A DNA stretch of 62,656 nucleotides, the filler included. It is 4 parts of 4 records of this genome, joined end to end, with 100 filler letters (N's around TTAATTAATTAA, not from the genome) between each part and the next. Parts side by side here need not be neighbours in the genome. Positions count along the whole stretch, not along the records: positions 56,943 to 62,656 come from SRR22947727_2910; 3 more parts are not named here. One strand, given 5' to 3'. The notes below the pieces were generated by a model. The model was not told the origin of the DNA. It worked only from the letters and a program-made list of their open reading frames with translations, and made no database searches. Positions 61,276-62,656 of this stretch are shown one piece after another (position 1 is the stretch's first letter; every line of letters begins with the position of its first letter). The translations under genes and the position numbers were made by a program.

Positions 61276-62274
61276 TTAAATATCGTCTAGATTAACTTTC
61301 TTTCCAAATATACTATTTGATATTTTAACAGCTTCAATCACATTAATAACAGACAATCCATCCTCAATTGTCACAATTGGTTTATTTAATTCATTAAAAG
61401 ATTTAAAAAAAGAGTCCCACTCAGCAATATAAGTATCATCTTGATTGCATTGAAAATGAAAAAGCTCTGTCCACATACTATCCCCTTCTTGCCAAAGCTC
61501 AACCGTGCCTAATATTTCATTCCATCTAAGCGTTCCTTTTTCACCGATTACTGTACAGGTTCTCGTGGGATCATGCCTAATAAAATCCATTAGTAAAGAA
61601 GCTGAAGGAGAATCACTTTCAAAATTGGATTTAAATTCTAAATTTAGATAAGCTGTATCTTCCACGTCTAATTTTAAACTACTGTGTTTTTTTATAATTG
61701 AACTTACTGAAATGATTTCTCCAAAAATCCAACGTAAGTAATCAAACTCATGACTTAATTCGAGTAAAACACCTCCACCAAAAGAGCTAATTGCCGAAAC
61801 ACTTTTTCTATAGTCAGTTTGAGGTCTCCAAGAAGGTAGATATCTTCCTACTTCACTTCGAATAGAATAGATATTACCAATTAGTCGAGAATTTAGCTGT
61901 TCTCTGAAATATATTAAAGATTTATTAAATCTTAGATTATAGCCTATTTGAATAACCAGCTCTAGTCGGTCTCTTTCATTAATTAAATCTTTAATTCCTT
62001 TCTTATTGTGGGAAATAGGTTTTTCAATTAACATGCTACATCCAGATTTTGCCAAAGCTATAGCTGCATCTATATGTAATGTTGCAGGAGTTGAGATAAC
62101 AGCAACTTGAGGAGTGAATGAAATAGCTTCATCTAAGTTCTTTAAGCATCCATTAGAATATTCGGGTATTAGTTGAGTTGGTTGATGGCGTAACACTCGA
62201 ATATCAGCTTTTGGATACATACTTCTGAGAATCCTAAGGTGTCTTTTACCAATACTTCCCAAACCTACTATCAA
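61276..62274 (-). CDS. Gfo/Idh/MocA oxidoreductase, PtmF-like; start uncertain
   Basis: IVGLGSIGKRH, IEKP, GYNLRF, YLPSWRP..DYR, GGGVLLELSHEFDY. Confidence 0.87.
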   Translation of the reverse strand: MIVGLGSIGKRHLRILRSMYPKADIRVLRHQPTQLIPEYSNGCLKNLDEAISFTPQVAVISTPATLHIDAAIALAKSGCSMLIEKPISHNKKGIKDLINERDRLELVIQIGYNLRFNKSLIYFREQLNSRLIGNIYSIRSEVGRYLPSWRPQTDYRKSVSAISSFGGGVLLELSHEFDYLRWIFGEIISVSSIIKKHSSLKLDVEDTAYLNLEFKSNFESDSPSASLLMDFIRHDPTRTCTVIGEKGTLRWNEILGTVELWQEGDSMWTELFHFQCNQDDTYIAEWDSFFKSFNELNKPIVTIEDGLSVINVIEAVKISNSIFGKKVNLDDI

Positions 62275-62290
62275 GATTTTAAATATTTTT

Positions 62291-62656
62291 TTAATACATA
62301 ATTATGGTTTTTCAAAAGAACTTTTTGGATACAAACTACATTCAGATATTTATCAATATACCAATGATGGTAAAATTAATTATAATAAAGAAGATATTGA
62401 CTCTATTGAAATATTTAAAGATAAGGTCAAAATTCCTAATACCTATTTAACCCAGTATGTTATTAAATCCACTACTGCTGGGAATATATATGAAATCCAT
62501 GGATCCAATAATAAATTAGATATTAGCCCAGTAGAGTGTTTGAGCATTCAGGAAATATTTATAAGCTCTTTTGAAGAAAGAAATTCTGACCTTTTTCTAA
62601 TAGAAAAAAAGAAATTGCCTATTAATCTTAAAAGTAAAATTACATGGGATTTAACA
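62291..62656 (+). CDS. Fragment of unidentified protein, no start codon, runs off window
   Basis: About 120 stop-free codons in very AT-rich DNA (HNYGFSKELFGYKLHSD...KSKITWDLT); not in ORF track. Confidence 0.55.

Overview
The window is four unrelated contigs joined by artificial 100-nt spacers (N-run, TTAATTAATTAA, N-run). (1) 1-21606: marine Synechococcus-type core chromosome (prokaryotic 6-4 photolyase, hemJ, cobN, ilvE, metH, group-3 sigma factor, ribbon-helix-helix/J-domain protein, apcD, rlmD, pheT), with a ~740-bp motif-rich intergenic region. (2) 21707-45877: heterotrophic, probably gammaproteobacterial accessory catabolic region. It holds a GntR-associated cluster (isochorismatase-family amidase, two PuuE-like CE4 hydrolases, an atypical nitrilase, FAD oxidase, VOC proteins, non-biosynthetic LeuCD, class III CoA-transferase, HMG-CoA-lyase homologue, aldehyde dehydrogenase), an lvaABC-like module, an epoxide hydrolase-like protein and a haloalkane dehalogenase. 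(3) 45978-56842: actinobacterial branched-chain amino acid locus (leuA, leuB, ilvE, cimA, gltX, tRNA-Gln, tRNA-Glu, leuCD, hup) with two leader-peptide attenuators. (4) 56943-62656: AT-rich surface-polysaccharide cluster (nonulosonate genes, gmd, methyltransferase, transketolase-like subunit). The best candidate for an undescribed system is the contig-2 cluster, whose enzyme families fit a cyclic imide -> half-amide -> substituted maleate -> malyl-CoA cleavage route; the substrate is inference only. Taxonomic assignments come from gene content and recognition, not database searches.
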